From: Chamaesiphon sp.
GTDB taxonomy: Bacteria; Cyanobacteriota; Cyanobacteriia; Cyanobacteriales; Chamaesiphonaceae
DNA: 64,000 bases
Assembly: GCA_965246715.1 (NCBI GenBank)
Contig: CBDFFH010000029.1
Location: forward strand, 32,001 to 96,000
Direction of reading: 5' to 3'
In this document: piece after piece, positions 20,417 to 31,163 of the stretch
How the letters are laid out: each line of letters opens with the position of its first letter
Position numbering within the stretch: the first letter of the stretch is position 1
Translations under genes and position numbers: made by a program
The notes under the pieces: model-generated
Database searches by the model: none
Seen by the model: only the letters and a program-made list of their open reading frames with translations
What the model was told of the DNA's origin: nothing

Positions 20417-21061
20417 ATGCCCGTAATCAATAAACAAAAGGCTACTAAAGCGACATCTTTGACCCGTAATCCCGAAACAACGAAGAATCAAATTCTGGAT
20501 GCAGCGGAAGCAGAATTTGCAGTATCGGGATTGAGCGCAGCACGAACGGAAGCGATCGCCGCTCAAACCGGGGTCACTAAGGCGATGATCTACTATTACT
20601 TTCAAAGTAAAGAAGAATTATATCGATCGGTATTGGAGCGATGTTTTACCCAAGCCTTGGGGATGATGGAGCAACTGCAACTCGACTGCTTACCGCCAGA
20701 TGCAGCACTAGTCAGACTGCTCGAACAAGTACTCTGTTGTATGTCGGAAAATCCGCGCATCGGCGGTATTCTCTCCTTGGAAGCGATTCAAAATAAAGGG
20801 AAGTATTACCCCAAACAGATGGGAGATCTCCTCTACGGTACGATTATCAGAATTTTGGAACAGGGTATGGCAATCGGCGTATTCCGCCAACTCGATCCTC
20901 GACATACCGCTGTCAATATTGTCGGTACTTGCGCTTTTTACTTCAACGCTCAAGAAAATCTCAAATATCTGTGGCCGGGTAAACGGACATTAGGCAAAGA
21001 GCAACTCCATCAACATGCCCAAGAGTCGATCGATCTGATTATGGCAGGGGTTAGAAGTTAG
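20417..21061 (+). CDS. TetR/AcrR family regulator
   Basis: HTH ILDAAEAEFA...IAAQTGVTKAMIYYYFQSKEELY. Confidence 0.95.
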   Translation: MPVINKQKATKATSLTRNPETTKNQILDAAEAEFAVSGLSAARTEAIAAQTGVTKAMIYYYFQSKEELYRSVLERCFTQALGMMEQLQLDCLPPDAALVRLLEQVLCCMSENPRIGGILSLEAIQNKGKYYPKQMGDLLYGTIIRILEQGMAIGVFRQLDPRHTAVNIVGTCAFYFNAQENLKYLWPGKRTLGKEQLHQHAQESIDLIMAGVRS

Positions 21062-21085
21062 CGAATACTCACCGCGATAATCCGT

Positions 21086-21110
21086 GGGTACCCACAAGGG
21101 GCACCCCTAC
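21086..21110. repeat. GTAG-type REP-like palindrome
   Basis: Identical to 852-876. Confidence 0.85.
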
Positions 21111-21224
21111 AGGTTAATTGTGTGGGGGTACACTCAGATCTATGCTTTTACTAATGGTGTTGTACTGGTGCAAGATTTGAGAATAGGAAATAATAATGCA
21201 AATAACAAATAACTAGTAACTCTG

Positions 21225-21680
21225 ATGAGTGTATTTTTTGACTTTGAAGCTGATTTTGTTGAGTCGTTGCGGTGCATTCCGATGGCGGTGCGGCTGAAGT
21301 TGGATACCTGTGGTGTCAAGGTAAAACTGGCAGAATGGAGCCACTTTACGAAACAAGAATGCGATCGATTGGTCGAGTTGCCATGTACCGAAACCGCCGA
21401 AATTGCTGCCTACCGAGATTATCTCGATCGAATAATTTTGGCGCAGACAGGGCACAAACCAACCTTGCTCGCGATCGATCCCGCACCACCTTGGGCAGAA
21501 GATCGGCAGATTCCCCCCAGCATTTTAGCTAAAGCAAGTGAGGATGGGGTGGAAATAACCTTAGCGCAATGGCAGAGTCTGACACCACTGCAAAGATTTG
21601 CTTTAATTAAGTTAACTCGATCGGCACATGAAAATCATAATTTTCTGCCTGCGATGAAAGAGTTTGGTTTACTAGTCTAA
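21225..21680 (+). CDS. narM: Nitrate reductase-associated protein (NarM-like)
   Basis: FFDFEADFVESLRCIPMAVRLKLD; LQRFALIKLTRSAHENHNF. Confidence 0.8.
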   Translation: MSVFFDFEADFVESLRCIPMAVRLKLDTCGVKVKLAEWSHFTKQECDRLVELPCTETAEIAAYRDYLDRIILAQTGHKPTLLAIDPAPPWAEDRQIPPSILAKASEDGVEITLAQWQSLTPLQRFALIKLTRSAHENHNFLPAMKEFGLLV

Positions 21681-21718
21681 TTGGTTGAATATTTCATCAC
21701 ATAAGATAGGATGACAGG

Positions 21719-22477
21719 ATGTTAAAATTTGGGTCGCGATCGCCAGAACTCGTCAATATCGATAGTAGTAACCTCGACGATAATGTCGTCGTCTCTGTCA
21801 GAGATCTCAACCACTACTTCGGCAAAGGCAATCTCAAAAAACAAGTACTATTTGACATTAACCTCGAAATCGGTAAAGGTGAAATCGTACTGATGACTGG
21901 GCCATCGGGTTCTGGTAAAACTACCCTCCTGACGCTATCAGGCGGATTGAGATCGCCCCAGGAGGGCAGTATGGAAGTACTGGGAGTCCAAATGGTCGGT
22001 GCGAGCAAGCGTCAAATTATCGAAGTGCGGCGCAACATCGGCTATATCTTCCAAGCTCACAACCTGCTCAAATCGCTTACCGCCCAGCAAAACGTCCAAA
22101 TGGCGGGACAACTCCACCCTCAGATGAGCAGTCGCGAAGTCAAAGAACGGGCGACAGAGATGCTCGATGCCGTCGGATTGAGCGATCGCAAGTCTTACTA
22201 CCCCGAAAACCTCTCCGGCGGGCAAAAACAGCGCGTTGCGATCGCACGGGCGCTGATGAGCCATCCCAAGCTAGTTCTAGCTGACGAACCTACCGCCGCG
22301 TTAGACGGCAAATCGGGACGGGAGATCGTGGAGATCATGCAGAAATTGGCGAAAGAGCAGGGTACGACTATTCTGATGGTGACTCACGATAACCGGATCT
22401 TGGATGTCGCCGATCGGATCGTACATCTCGAAGATGGTTGTTTGGCGAAAAATGATGTCCTGACTGTCAGCGAATAG
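21719..22477 (+). CDS. devA: DevA-family ABC ATPase
   Basis: LNHYFGKG.LKKQVLFDI, GPSGSGKT, GYIFQAHNL, LSGGQKQR. Confidence 0.9.
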   Translation: MLKFGSRSPELVNIDSSNLDDNVVVSVRDLNHYFGKGNLKKQVLFDINLEIGKGEIVLMTGPSGSGKTTLLTLSGGLRSPQEGSMEVLGVQMVGASKRQIIEVRRNIGYIFQAHNLLKSLTAQQNVQMAGQLHPQMSSREVKERATEMLDAVGLSDRKSYYPENLSGGQKQRVAIARALMSHPKLVLADEPTAALDGKSGREIVEIMQKLAKEQGTTILMVTHDNRILDVADRIVHLEDGCLAKNDVLTVSE

Positions 22478-22699
22478 CGATCGAGTAATGAGTATTTTTA
22501 GGGGTTTTGACGATCGATAGTTGGTGAATAGCGATACATTCATGGTACGGTAAGTACGCCAAAACACTCGCTCTGAACTACTGTAATTAAAGTTACCGTC
22601 GATCCCAATAAACTGAGTTATGATAGAGAATGTGACAAAAGTTGTTGTAAAACTCTTCGCCACAACAAAAATAAACTATTTTTTTGGCTTTGTGTTCAC

Positions 22700-22888
22700 A
22701 TGAGTATTTCTACACCTACGCCTACCAACGATCCCTCGATTTGGACTAGCCTCAAGCAAGCGATCGCTACTAGTTCTGGGTTTCAACACTGGGCAACCCA
22801 GTTATCTGCATTAGAACAATCCAATCTCGATCTCGACGAGCGCGTGCAACGCTATCTCCGCGAAACGCTAGAGACTTTGGCATATTAA
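22700..22888 (+). CDS. Small conserved cyanobacterial hypothetical protein
   Basis: WTSLKQAIATSSGFQHW...VQRYLRETLETLAY; followed by a hairpin near 22907-22950. Confidence 0.7.
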   Translation: MSISTPTPTNDPSIWTSLKQAIATSSGFQHWATQLSALEQSNLDLDERVQRYLRETLETLAY

Positions 22889-23170
22889 ACGATCCTCCTA
22901 AATAGTAGAAATATTGCCTCCTCACTGTATATTTGTGAGGGGATATTTCTATTAGGGTTCTATTTACTAATCAAACTAGCGGAATGTGGGTATAGATAGT
23001 ATTACAATTGTCGATACTTGTCGATCGATCTTGCTGACAAGCAGCTTTGTTCAAAAGAGATCGCTAACTTCCATCCAGTCGATCTTGCCAGGAAGAGATC
23101 TATGAAATCGCCTATCGAACACTGCAATCTGAATGATACAAATCTGATTTTATTCCCGTAGACGTAAGCA

Positions 23171-23866
23171 ATGAGTATAGAATTAATCCAAACTATGCAA
23201 TGGACTCAACTCTGCTGGGAAGTTAGCTTTAAGAGCATTATAGATCTTGAGAATATCCTTCCCAAAATTGGGTATACTTACCCAATTAAAATCGATGAAA
23301 ATGAGGATTTTGCAAAGGAAGGAAAAACATTTTTATTGTGGCAGCCACCGCATTCAGAGCTAAATGGCTGGTACGACAAGAGACCTTCTGAGATACTCAA
23401 AAGCTACGTTTTGGATGGATTGATTAAAAACAAAAGAGCCAATGGATTGGAATTCGATTTTGAGGTAAACGATAGAATTAGGTTAATCGATCTTTGCAGT
23501 GTCGTTAACTTAGACAAGGAATCACCTTTGTCTTATAGCCGAAGCCAAAATGGAATTACTGCAATTCACTTGTCAAATGCCTATCACATTTTGAAGGCTA
23601 AAGTCGGAGATTATTGGTATTTACATTGTCGTGACAGCAATACATTGCTAGATATAATATTTTCATATATTGGGGATAGAATATGTATTCATTATTGTGC
23701 TACTTTACATGCCTACGCATGGAATAGCACAAAAGTAACTAAGTATTCCTTGAATGAGATCGAACAGCGTGAAATTATTACGCTGATTGAAAAAGCAACG
23801 GAAATATTTGAAGTAAACGAACACACATTACAAGAAAACCAGGTTTATGGAGCAGAGTACTGGTGA
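23171..23866 (+). CDS. Hypothetical protein, AT-rich
   Basis: 231-aa ORF; no recognised motif; no CGATCG seen. Confidence 0.65.
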   Translation: MSIELIQTMQWTQLCWEVSFKSIIDLENILPKIGYTYPIKIDENEDFAKEGKTFLLWQPPHSELNGWYDKRPSEILKSYVLDGLIKNKRANGLEFDFEVNDRIRLIDLCSVVNLDKESPLSYSRSQNGITAIHLSNAYHILKAKVGDYWYLHCRDSNTLLDIIFSYIGDRICIHYCATLHAYAWNSTKVTKYSLNEIEQREIITLIEKATEIFEVNEHTLQENQVYGAEYW

Positions 23867-23890
23867 TTTAACTATATAACAACATAACAA

Positions 23891-24185
23891 CTAACAAACG
23901 AGTATGAGTGACTGGTATCGATATTCCGCATAACTATTACCTTGTAGCGCATAAGTATTCAAGATATCCGCCTCGCTCGCCGCTGTCGTCAATACGACGA
24001 TCGGAATTCGCCGCATTTTGATAATTCCCCTGTTGTAGCAGAAAATCGAGCGCCTCGATGCCATTAGCAAGCACAATGACGCGACACTCGATCGCAATAG
24101 AACCCAGCACTTCCATGATGAGATTATTAGCGCGATCGAGATCGGCTTCGATTAATAAAATCGGTCTTTCTGAATTCGGTTCGCT
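23891..24185 (-). pseudogene. Rcp1-like single-domain response regulator pseudogene
   Basis: Frame A: RPILLIEAD...VIVLANGIEALDFLLQQGNYQNA; frame B: RRIPIVVLTTAASEADILNTYALQGNSY; central PDLILLD segment absent. Confidence 0.7.
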
Positions 24186-24187
24186 CG

Positions 24188-25441
24188 TTATTGCAAGATC
24201 GTTTTGGAAACCATCCGAGTCTGCTTCTTATCGGCTTCTGAGAGATCGTCGCCGCCTTGGAGGATCGTCGCGTTGGCTTGCAGCACGGTAGCAGCGTTGG
24301 TATCGCCCATTTGCAGCGCGGTTTTGGCCGCAGTTTGGAGCAAGGTGGCTGCGCCCGTACGATCGCCTTGTTGGAGTCTTTGTTCGGCGAGTTGAGTTTG
24401 GCGATATTTAGCCAAGGCGAGCGTATGTTGTTGGACGTTGGGATCGATCGCGGGTTGGTGGTTGCGGATGACGTTGACGTTGACATCTACAGGTGGCGTG
24501 AGCAGATTAGTCTTGCTGCGAGCGGGATCGTCATAGCGAACTTGCAAAGTCGCGATCGGTTGTTCGCCTTCAGCGAGTTGCCCGATATAAGTATTGACGA
24601 GGATTACCCGCGAGAGATCCTTCATCAAGTCGCCCAAGCGGACGATATGGAGATGACCATCATCTTCGACGGCTAATTCGATCGTATCCGGAGCCACCTG
24701 AGCGACGGGTTTGAGTTCGGCGAGGCGGACTTTGGGTTTGAGTTCGATTTGCAGATATGCATTTGTCAAACCTACTGACTGCATCCGATTAAACAACCTA
24801 CCAAATTCAGTAACTGCTTGAGCTGCTTCCGCGATATATGCGAGCGTACCTGCGGCGGTATCGGCGATTTTTTCGAGCGTATTTTGATTCCAATGTTCGC
24901 CAAATCCCAAGGTATTTAGCGTAATGTTGCTCTCAGTGGCAAATTTAGCTAGCGCGATACAGCGATCGTTATCGCCATGTTCGTTTTCACCATCAGTCAG
25001 GATAAAGGCGTGAGAAACGCGATCTTGTTTGCCCTCGATCAGTTGCGTCATGCCTAATTTGATGCCAGCATCGATCGCGGTACCGCCAGCAGCTTGCAGT
25101 TTGTCGATTTTATTAAATATTTCGGTCGGATCGGTAACTTGTTGACTGGCGACGATGACTTCCGCCTGATGATCGAAAGCAACTACCGACAACCGATCTT
25201 CTGGTTTTAAGCTCTTGATTAATTCCTTCGCCGCTTGCTTGACAGTATTGAGCGGCGTACCTTTCATCGAGCCACTGTGGTCGAGAATCAAACACAAATT
25301 CAGTGGTAATTGGCGATCTTCGGGTTCGGCGAGGGCGGATACCGCGATCGAAAGCTGACGTTGATTGTTACCTTGACCAACATCTACTTGGGGGTCGCTG
25401 ATTACGGGTTCTAGAGCAACTTGCATCGGATTTAACTCCAC
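24188..25441 (-). CDS. VWA domain protein
   Basis: MIDAS DHSGSM, GGTAI, LTDGENE. Confidence 0.92.
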   Translation of the reverse strand: MELNPMQVALEPVISDPQVDVGQGNNQRQLSIAVSALAEPEDRQLPLNLCLILDHSGSMKGTPLNTVKQAAKELIKSLKPEDRLSVVAFDHQAEVIVASQQVTDPTEIFNKIDKLQAAGGTAIDAGIKLGMTQLIEGKQDRVSHAFILTDGENEHGDNDRCIALAKFATESNITLNTLGFGEHWNQNTLEKIADTAAGTLAYIAEAAQAVTEFGRLFNRMQSVGLTNAYLQIELKPKVRLAELKPVAQVAPDTIELAVEDDGHLHIVRLGDLMKDLSRVILVNTYIGQLAEGEQPIATLQVRYDDPARSKTNLLTPPVDVNVNVIRNHQPAIDPNVQQHTLALAKYRQTQLAEQRLQQGDRTGAATLLQTAAKTALQMGDTNAATVLQANATILQGGDDLSEADKKQTRMVSKTILQ

Positions 25442-25726
25442 ATCTGTCTTAATTTACTATCGTACCGCGATTGTCGAAAAACAACACGCACCAATTCTTC
25501 AATTTCCCAGCTCGATCGATCGGAACTTTAGCTCAATACTTAACATTAGAACTCTCACACAAATATTCGACTTGGGAGGGGTTAGGGATTAGGAATTGGA
25601 ATTAGCGCTGAAATTCCAAATCTTATCTTCCTACGCTCCATGCCTGCTTGCTAACCACACTTTATTGTCAACGATGTCAGAATATTTATAGATACTTTCC
25701 AACTGAAAAATACGGAGTCATTATCG

Positions 25727-26764
25727 ATGAGTACATACACGCAGGAGTTACAGACTACAGCCAAGGCTTTAGTCACGCAGGGAAAAGGCATTCTGGCAAT
25801 GGACGAAAGTAACAGCACTTGCCAGAAGCGATTTGAGAAGGTGGGTATCGCCCCGACAGTAACTAACCGTCGCGATTACCGCGAACTGATTTTAACTACG
25901 CCAAAATTAAGTAACTATATCAGCGGAGCGATCTTATTTGATGAAACGATCCATCAAACTAGCTCCACAGGCGAATCATTTGTCAGTATCATGCAAAAAT
26001 CGGGGATAATCCCTGGGATTAAAGTCGATGGCGGTACCAAGCCACTAGCCGGACATCCCTACGAACTCGTCACCGAGGGTTTAGATGGTTTGACCGATCG
26101 GGTACAAGAATATTACAAAATCGGCGCACGGTTTGCCAAATGGCGGGCCGTAATTACCATCGGGGCAGAGATCCCCTCTCAGGCTTGTATCGAAGCAAAT
26201 GCCCATGCCTTGGCGCGATATGCAGCGATCTGTCAGGAAAATGGGCTAGTCCCGATTGTCGAGCCGGAAGTCTTAATCGATGGCGAGCATACCCTCGCGC
26301 GCTGTCGGGAAGTGACAGCAGCCACGCTCAAAGAAGTTTTCAAACAACTGACTACTCAGGGTGTAGAATTCGATCGAATGCTGCTCAAACCCAGCATGGT
26401 CCTCGCGGGAGTGTCAGCCGAGTTGCAATCGCCAGTGAATGAGGTCGCGACAGCCACGATCGAGACTTTAATGGAGCAAGTGCCACCAACTGTCGCCGGA
26501 ATTGCGTTCTTGTCTGGCGGTCAAACGGACATCCAAGCCGCCGCTCACCTGAATGCGATGCACGTCATGTACCCGCAAACGCCTTGGCCTGTTACCTTCT
26601 CCTATGCGCGGGCGATTCAGCAAGCGGCATTAGAAAAATGGCGTGGTGAGAGTGCCAATGTCGCTGAGGCTCAACAGATTCTCGTACATCGGGCTGCTTG
26701 CAATAGTGCCGCTAGCACTGGTAGCTATACTCCTGAAATGGAGAAACAATTGGTATTAGTTTAG
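25727..26764 (+). CDS. Class I fructose-bisphosphate aldolase
   Basis: GKGILAMDES, GARFAKWRAV, VPIVEPEV, LLKPSMV, FLSGGQ, TFSYARA. Confidence 0.95.
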   Translation: MSTYTQELQTTAKALVTQGKGILAMDESNSTCQKRFEKVGIAPTVTNRRDYRELILTTPKLSNYISGAILFDETIHQTSSTGESFVSIMQKSGIIPGIKVDGGTKPLAGHPYELVTEGLDGLTDRVQEYYKIGARFAKWRAVITIGAEIPSQACIEANAHALARYAAICQENGLVPIVEPEVLIDGEHTLARCREVTAATLKEVFKQLTTQGVEFDRMLLKPSMVLAGVSAELQSPVNEVATATIETLMEQVPPTVAGIAFLSGGQTDIQAAAHLNAMHVMYPQTPWPVTFSYARAIQQAALEKWRGESANVAEAQQILVHRAACNSAASTGSYTPEMEKQLVLV

Positions 26765-27004
26765 GATCGCTGCCGCTTTACTGTTGGGGTGCTTATTATC
26801 GACTAGATGTTAAATCTCAAGGATCTCCTGAGGTGAGTCAACGTTTACAATCGCTAAGAGCGAACAAAAAGTTACAAGTGTCAGTCTTTTTGTGAATGAT
26901 GGAGTCTCGATCCGATCGACTTCGGAACCAGCAGAGATCGACCGAAGATCGCAGTACAATCATACTTAGCGATCGATGTCGATAGATAAATAATCAGTGG
27001 AGAT

Positions 27005-29860
27005 ATGTTCAAAATAAGAGATTTTTGGGTGATGTGGCGACGGTATCGATTTGGGATGTTGTTCTTTAGTGTCTGCTTGAGTGCGGTATTGACATCGCCA
27101 CTGACGGTGATGTCGCCGCAGCCAGCGGTTGCAGTTGCAGCAGAATCGATCGTCGGCAACAATGAGATTGCCAAGCAACCGCCAGCAAAACCCACCAAAA
27201 CCCCGACAGTACCTAAAAACAGTCCAGTTGCTCCACCGATTACCTTAACGGATAAAGTCAAAAAGACCGTTCTAGACAATGGGTTGACCATTTTAACCAA
27301 AGAAGTCCATAGCGCTCCGGTCGTCACAGTCCAAGTCTGGTATAAAATTGGTTCCCGGAATGAAGCTCCTGGGGTGAATGGCATCGCGCACCAACTAGAG
27401 CACATGTTATTTAAAGGCACCAAAGACCGTCCCGTACAGTTCGGACGGTTGTTTGCGGCGTTAGGTAGTAGTTTTAATGCCTTTACCAGCTACGATCAAA
27501 CCGCTTATTTTGGGACGGTTGAGAAAAATAAACTCACTAGTTTATTGACATTAGAAGCCGATCGGATGCAAAATGCGACGATCGATACTGAGAAACTCAC
27601 TGGCGAAAAGCGAGTTGTAATTTCGGAGTTACAAGGGTATGAAAATAATCCCAGCTATCGCCTCAATCGTGCCGTGCAACGTGCTGCGTTTCCAAATAGC
27701 CCCTACGGGTTGACTGTTGGTGGCACCAAAGCCGATGTCGAGAAATTTACCACCGAACAGGTGCGCTCTTATTACGATGCTTATTACGCGCCGAATAACG
27801 CTACCTTAGTCGTCGTGGGCGATTTCGATACAGCAACGCTGATGGCTAAAGTTAAAGAGACATTTGGCAAAGTACCGCGTCGTGATGTCAAAGTGGCGAA
27901 ACCCGCCACAACCGCAGTAATCCCACCCAAGCGCCGACTTACGCTCAAAGAACCGGGTACTACTAAAATCGCGATCGCGATTTATCCCTTACCCGAAGCG
28001 AACAATCCTGACGTACCCGCGATCGATGTGATGAATTATGTCCTCACCGAAGGCCGTAGCTCGCGGATGTATCAATCGATCGTCGAAACCGGACTCGCTA
28101 CGGGTCTCGATGGTGGTGCGGCAAATCTCGCGGCTGGCGGCTGGTATGAGATTACTGGGATCGTCGAACCGAGTAAATCGCTCCCGAAATTAGAAGCAGC
28201 GATCGATAAAGATATTAAACTCCTCCAAGCTAAAGGAGCAGCCCCTGCGGAAATCGCGCGTGCCAAAGCGCAACTCAAATCGAGTTATTTATTGAGCAAC
28301 CGCTCGATCGACAATCAAGCCAGACAATTAGGTAACGACCAGACCACCACAGGTGACTATCAATTTACCGATAAATATCTTGCTGGAGTCGAACGCGTCA
28401 CTGCGGCTGATGTCCAACGAGTAGCTAAGAAATATCTCCAAGATAATCTCAAAAGTATCGGTTATTTCGAGCCGACCACGATTACAGGTAAAGCAGCCCC
28501 TGCCGAGAATATTAAGCAAACCACTGAGAATTTAAGCCCAGGTGCCCCGCTAGATGCAGCGGAAATCGCTAAATATCTCCCCCCACTCGACCCCGACACC
28601 ACCAGTCAGCAGCAGATCTTGCCCCAAGAAGTGAAGCTGGCGAATGGGCTGCGGGTGTTTTTACTCCCCGATTCGAGTACGCCTACGATTACCTTGAGTG
28701 GGAGCATTCAAGCCGGAGCTGAATACGACACGATTCCCAAAGCTGGTGCAGCTAGCTTAACCGCTGCCAATCTGATGAGTGGGACTAAAACTAAATCCTC
28801 ACTCGATCTAGCTAAAACACTAGAAAGTCGCGGTGCGTCATTGGCATTTGGAGCCAGTCGTGAAGGGGTAAGTATCGGCGGTAGTTCCCTATCCAAGGAT
28901 TTACCGACACTGATGCAGACATTAGCTGATGTCCTCCAAAATGCAAACTTCCCCCAACAGAAATTTGAACTCAGTCGCCAACGCGCGCTAGTATCATTAA
29001 AACTCGAACTCGACAATCCCAATAGTTTGGCGCGGCGGAAATTTCAACAGACGATTTATCCTAAAGATCATCCGTTTACGATCTTCCCCACTTCCGAGAC
29101 TCTGAGCGGTTTGAGTGCGGCCGATCTGAAAACCTTTTACGCTGGGCACTATTTACCGAGTAATACCATCCTCGCGATCGTCGGTGACTTCAAAGTTGCT
29201 GAGGTCAAAGCCTTGCTCGAACAGAATTTGGGTAAATGGTCTACGACAGCTACCGCAGTCAAACTCGACTATCCTACCGCCCAACTACCCGCAAAACAGG
29301 TACTGGTAAATCCCCCACTCCCAGGTAAAACGCAATCGATTACGTTGATGGGGAATAAAGCGATCGATCGCAAAGATCCGCGCTACTATTCAGCCTTGGT
29401 TCTCAATCAGATCCTCGGTGGCGACACGCTCTCAAGCCGTCTCGGTACCGAAATCCGCGATCGTCAGGGGTTAACCTATGGTATCTATAGTAGTTTTGCC
29501 GCTGGCAAACGGCAGGGCACCTTTGTGATCTCGATGCAAACCGCACCAGATGATGCCCAGAAAGCGATTCAAAGTACTACTGCTTTATTGAAGGATCTGC
29601 AAACTAAAGGTGTCACCGCCGCAGAAGTTGCCAACTCTAAGCGCAGTATTGCCAGTAGCTACACTGTCGATCTCGCCTCCCCCGACGAAATCGCTGGCGC
29701 GACACTCGGCAATGCCGTCTACGGTTTAAATCCTAACGAAATTGTTGAATTTCCAAAGAAAATCAAAGCGGTAACGTTAGAGCAAGTCAACCAAGTCGCG
29801 AAGGAATTAATTTCACCCGATCGATTTGTCGTAATTACCGCAGGGCCACCTCAGAAATAA
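27005..29860 (+). CDS. Exported M16 family zinc peptidase (two-module)
   Basis: HQLEH inverted zinc motif, NAFTSYDQT; second module lacks the motif; true start may be slightly downstream. Confidence 0.92.
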   Translation: MFKIRDFWVMWRRYRFGMLFFSVCLSAVLTSPLTVMSPQPAVAVAAESIVGNNEIAKQPPAKPTKTPTVPKNSPVAPPITLTDKVKKTVLDNGLTILTKEVHSAPVVTVQVWYKIGSRNEAPGVNGIAHQLEHMLFKGTKDRPVQFGRLFAALGSSFNAFTSYDQTAYFGTVEKNKLTSLLTLEADRMQNATIDTEKLTGEKRVVISELQGYENNPSYRLNRAVQRAAFPNSPYGLTVGGTKADVEKFTTEQVRSYYDAYYAPNNATLVVVGDFDTATLMAKVKETFGKVPRRDVKVAKPATTAVIPPKRRLTLKEPGTTKIAIAIYPLPEANNPDVPAIDVMNYVLTEGRSSRMYQSIVETGLATGLDGGAANLAAGGWYEITGIVEPSKSLPKLEAAIDKDIKLLQAKGAAPAEIARAKAQLKSSYLLSNRSIDNQARQLGNDQTTTGDYQFTDKYLAGVERVTAADVQRVAKKYLQDNLKSIGYFEPTTITGKAAPAENIKQTTENLSPGAPLDAAEIAKYLPPLDPDTTSQQQILPQEVKLANGLRVFLLPDSSTPTITLSGSIQAGAEYDTIPKAGAASLTAANLMSGTKTKSSLDLAKTLESRGASLAFGASREGVSIGGSSLSKDLPTLMQTLADVLQNANFPQQKFELSRQRALVSLKLELDNPNSLARRKFQQTIYPKDHPFTIFPTSETLSGLSAADLKTFYAGHYLPSNTILAIVGDFKVAEVKALLEQNLGKWSTTATAVKLDYPTAQLPAKQVLVNPPLPGKTQSITLMGNKAIDRKDPRYYSALVLNQILGGDTLSSRLGTEIRDRQGLTYGIYSSFAAGKRQGTFVISMQTAPDDAQKAIQSTTALLKDLQTKGVTAAEVANSKRSIASSYTVDLASPDEIAGATLGNAVYGLNPNEIVEFPKKIKAVTLEQVNQVAKELISPDRFVVITAGPPQK

Positions 29861-29924
29861 TTGTTACAGCATAGGTGGTCAGTGCCCATTTTGCCAAACT
29901 CTTTGGGTTATGGTCGATCTGTTG

Positions 29925-29985
29925 GGGACGGTTCCGAAACGAAGGCAGGAGTCATTAATCGGTAATCCTTATCCCGAACTGACGT
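29925..29985. mobile_element. Right-end remnant of a type-A IS982-like MITE
   Basis: GGTTCCGAAACGAAG..GGAGTCATT...CTTATCCCGAACTGACGT. Confidence 0.7.
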
Positions 29986-29988
29986 TAA

Positions 29989-30030
29989 AATACGAAAAAA
30001 GGCGCATATTAATGCGCCTTTTTTCGTATT
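29989..30030. terminator. Bidirectional terminator between convergent genes
   Basis: AATACGAAAAAAGGCGCAT-ATTA-ATGCGCCTTTTTTCGTATT. Confidence 0.85.
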
Positions 30031-30105
30031 CCAAGAATTAATTCAGGAGAGATATTTTAGGAATAAATCAACTTCTCAAATACAATCTGAGAAATTTTTG
30101 AAACC

Positions 30106-31044
30106 TTACGTTTGCCATAAAGATCGATCGGCATTCGGCGGCACCATAATCCACAAACTATCGGGCACCACCCGAAAATTCATTGGCGTTTTCCCCAGGT
30201 AATCGCCGTCTACCTGAACGGGTAGCACCTTCCCCCGTTGGGCGCGAATTTCAATTTGTCGGGCTTGATAGTATTGGATGAGCGGATCGCGATTGTAGTG
30301 ACGGGCAAAAATCGAGATTAAGCGTCGCGGTGCAGAAAGCATCCCTTGTCCCTTAATCACACATACATCCAATAAGCCATCATCGATCGTCGCATGAGCG
30401 GTGAACTTAATCACGCCACCATAGAGTTGACTATTCCCGATGACGACCATCAAAATTCTGCCGCGCACCCGCTTACCATCGATTTTTAATTTCAGCCGCA
30501 CCCCACGAAATTCCCAGGCAACTTGGATCGCTTGCTTGATATAGGCAATCGCCCCCAATCGTTTCTTTTCATTGGCGTTCACCGTCGCTGTTACTGCCGC
30601 ATCGAAGCCGATCCCCGCCATCAGCAGAAAATAACGATTACCAGCACTCCCGACATCGATTTTAGTCAGATCGGACTTCGCAAGACTAGCTGCGGCTTTG
30701 AGCATGTCCATCGGTAAACCCATTTCTCGCGCCCAAATATTCACAGTGCCTAAAGGTAACGTGCCCAGTGCGGTATCGGTGCCGATTAAGCCATTCATCA
30801 CCTCGTTTACCGTCCCATCGCCCCCTGCCGCTATAACTGCGTTATAGGCATCTCTGGCGGCTTGCTGCGCCTTCCTGGTTGCATCTCCAGGTGCGGTAGT
30901 AGCAGCAATATCTACCACCCATCCACAATTGCGCCACAAATCTGCCACCCGATCGAGTGTAGCGGCTAAGTTGGGTGATTGTCCCGCTGCGGGATTGTAG
31001 ACGATCAGAACTCGAAAGTCGGGAGTTAAACTACTGAAGCGCAT
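30106..31044 (-). CDS. YegS/diacylglycerol kinase family lipid kinase
   Basis: NPAAG, GGDGTVNE, PLGTVN, VDGD. Confidence 0.92.
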   Translation of the reverse strand: MRFSSLTPDFRVLIVYNPAAGQSPNLAATLDRVADLWRNCGWVVDIAATTAPGDATRKAQQAARDAYNAVIAAGGDGTVNEVMNGLIGTDTALGTLPLGTVNIWAREMGLPMDMLKAAASLAKSDLTKIDVGSAGNRYFLLMAGIGFDAAVTATVNANEKKRLGAIAYIKQAIQVAWEFRGVRLKLKIDGKRVRGRILMVVIGNSQLYGGVIKFTAHATIDDGLLDVCVIKGQGMLSAPRRLISIFARHYNRDPLIQYYQARQIEIRAQRGKVLPVQVDGDYLGKTPMNFRVVPDSLWIMVPPNADRSLWQT

Positions 31045-31163
31045 TTAGATTAAGGAATATCTTTTTTTGACCGTTGGAGGCGCAAGGAGTGCAGAGGTTA
31101 GATAATATAAACACTTGGATCTTCTAACCAGATTCTCGATAGATTTTATTTAGTGCTCGCGAT

